Shown: one piece after another, positions 46,880-47,777 of the stretch
Layout of the letters: the number at the start of each line of letters is the position of its first letter
How positions within the stretch are numbered: position 1 is the stretch's first letter
Assembly: GCA_043827405.1 (NCBI GenBank)
Contig: JBDRPD010000029.1
Coordinates: 1 to 47,777 of the forward strand
Source of the DNA: Elusimicrobiota bacterium
GTDB taxonomy: Bacteria; Elusimicrobiota; Elusimicrobia; UBA1565
DNA: 47,777 nucleotides
Direction of reading: 5' to 3'
The notes under the pieces: generated by a model
The model's input: the letters and a program-made list of their open reading frames with translations, nothing else
Database searches by the model: none
Told to the model about the DNA's origin: nothing
Translations under genes and position numbers: made by a program

Positions 46880-47005
46880 GGGGATGCTCGTCGGGGGAGG
46901 TGGATATCTGGTGAGGTGGCGGATGCCCAGTAAAGGGGTAAAAAGGGCGTATTCTATGCTTCTGAGGTGACCGAAAAGGGCGAGTTTAAGGGGGGGCTGG
47001 ACGGG

Positions 47006-47777
47006 CTAAAATCGAGCAATCGTTTCCAGCATATAACGCCGAGCTGATGGCTTTTCGGCGTTTAGGGCGGCGCCGGCTTCGAACCAGGCCATGGTCAGGC
47101 GCAGCTGCAGATGCTCTTTGATGTCGTAGCGGAGGCGGACGTCGACTTCGGTGCCAAGCGTGCGGTTTGGGCCAAAGGTCTGTTTTTCCGCCTGGTACAG
47201 GAAGTAATCGACGTCCATGATGATGCCGCGCCATGCCGGCGGGGTGATGCCCATGCCGATCGCTATGATGCCGCTGACGCCCACCGGCAGGCCGCTGGCG
47301 GTGGTTGTGGACTGCCCGCCGAAGGCGTCATAGGCGGTCGCCGCGAACAGCTCACCGAAGCCGACCCGCTCCAGGCCGTCGTAGCGGCGGCCATGTGAAG
47401 GAAAGAATGCCTCATCGGTCGTGGGGGTGGCAGGGTTATCCCCCGTCCCTCTCGCGGCGGAGAGGCGGGCGATACCGCGGATCTTCTGCCCGGTGGCTTT
47501 GCGGGTATAGAAGGTCTGTTTCCACTTGGCGCGTATGTACTGGGCGTTGCCGCCGTAGGTGATATGGTTGAACATCGGGGTCGGGCCCGTGGGGTTGGCC
47601 GCCCCTCGCTGCACGGCCGCTTCGCCGTCAAAGAGCATCGGCCCCCAGTTGAGCTGATAGCGGAGGCTCGAGAACCAGCGCGTCGCCCGGCCGACGAGGC
47701 AGCCGGTGCGGGTGGGGTTGATCACGGGGCAGCCGTTAACCGCGGCGACATGGGTGGTTCGGTCGCGCTCGAGAAGC
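47006..47777 (-). CDS. Alginate-export-like outer-membrane beta-barrel, 3' part (starts beyond the window)
   Basis: LGTEVDVRLRY...AWFEAGAAL...C-terminal Phe, amphipathic strands. Confidence 0.7.
   Translation of the reverse strand, partial: LLERDRTTHVAAVNGCPVINPTRTGCLVGRATRWFSSLRYQLNWGPMLFDGEAAVQRGAANPTGPTPMFNHITYGGNAQYIRAKWKQTFYTRKATGQKIRGIARLSAARGTGDNPATPTTDEAFFPSHGRRYDGLERVGFGELFAATAYDAFGGQSTTTASGLPVGVSGIIAIGMGITPPAWRGIIMDVDYFLYQAEKQTFGPNRTLGTEVDVRLRYDIKEHLQLRLTMAWFEAGAALNAEKPSARRYMLETIARF

Noticed and set aside
45066..46996. TTTAAGGGGGGG at both 45066 and 46985
   Set aside because: A 12-nt low-complexity match with no flanking similarity; could be chance.

Overview
GC-rich diderm bacterial chromosome segment. 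The protein types (PorV-like barrel plus CTD/FN3 cargo, Hanks kinase, DUF2148) resemble Elusimicrobiota, but this is an inference. The left half (1-30 kb) is accessory envelope/transport DNA: tamA-tamB-like pair, cation-chloride cotransporter, corA, terB-like, MFS, an apparently exported dikinase-fold protein with two serine beta-lactamase/PBP-like proteins, AsmA-like + MBL hydrolase, mgtE, a pseudokinase and a 1682-aa kelch/FN3 protein coupled to a PorV-like gene. The right half (30-44 kb) is a housekeeping run: murB-ftsQ-ftsA-ftsZ-pilT-dNK-pgeF-cmk-plsC-rpsA-Omp85-lysA. It ends in a lower-GC, mostly non-coding 2.3 kb with a dif-like Xer site, an orphan winged-helix gene and tandem DnaA boxes beside an AT-rich tract. 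Best leads: (1) the secreted dikinase + 2 SxxK hydrolase operon; (2) nested gene blocks bounded by 38-53 bp direct repeats with no integrase; (3) dif and oriC-like signals only about 1 kb apart; (4) T9SS-like cargo + PorV, possibly outside Bacteroidota. I saw no rRNA, tRNA, CRISPR or transposase.
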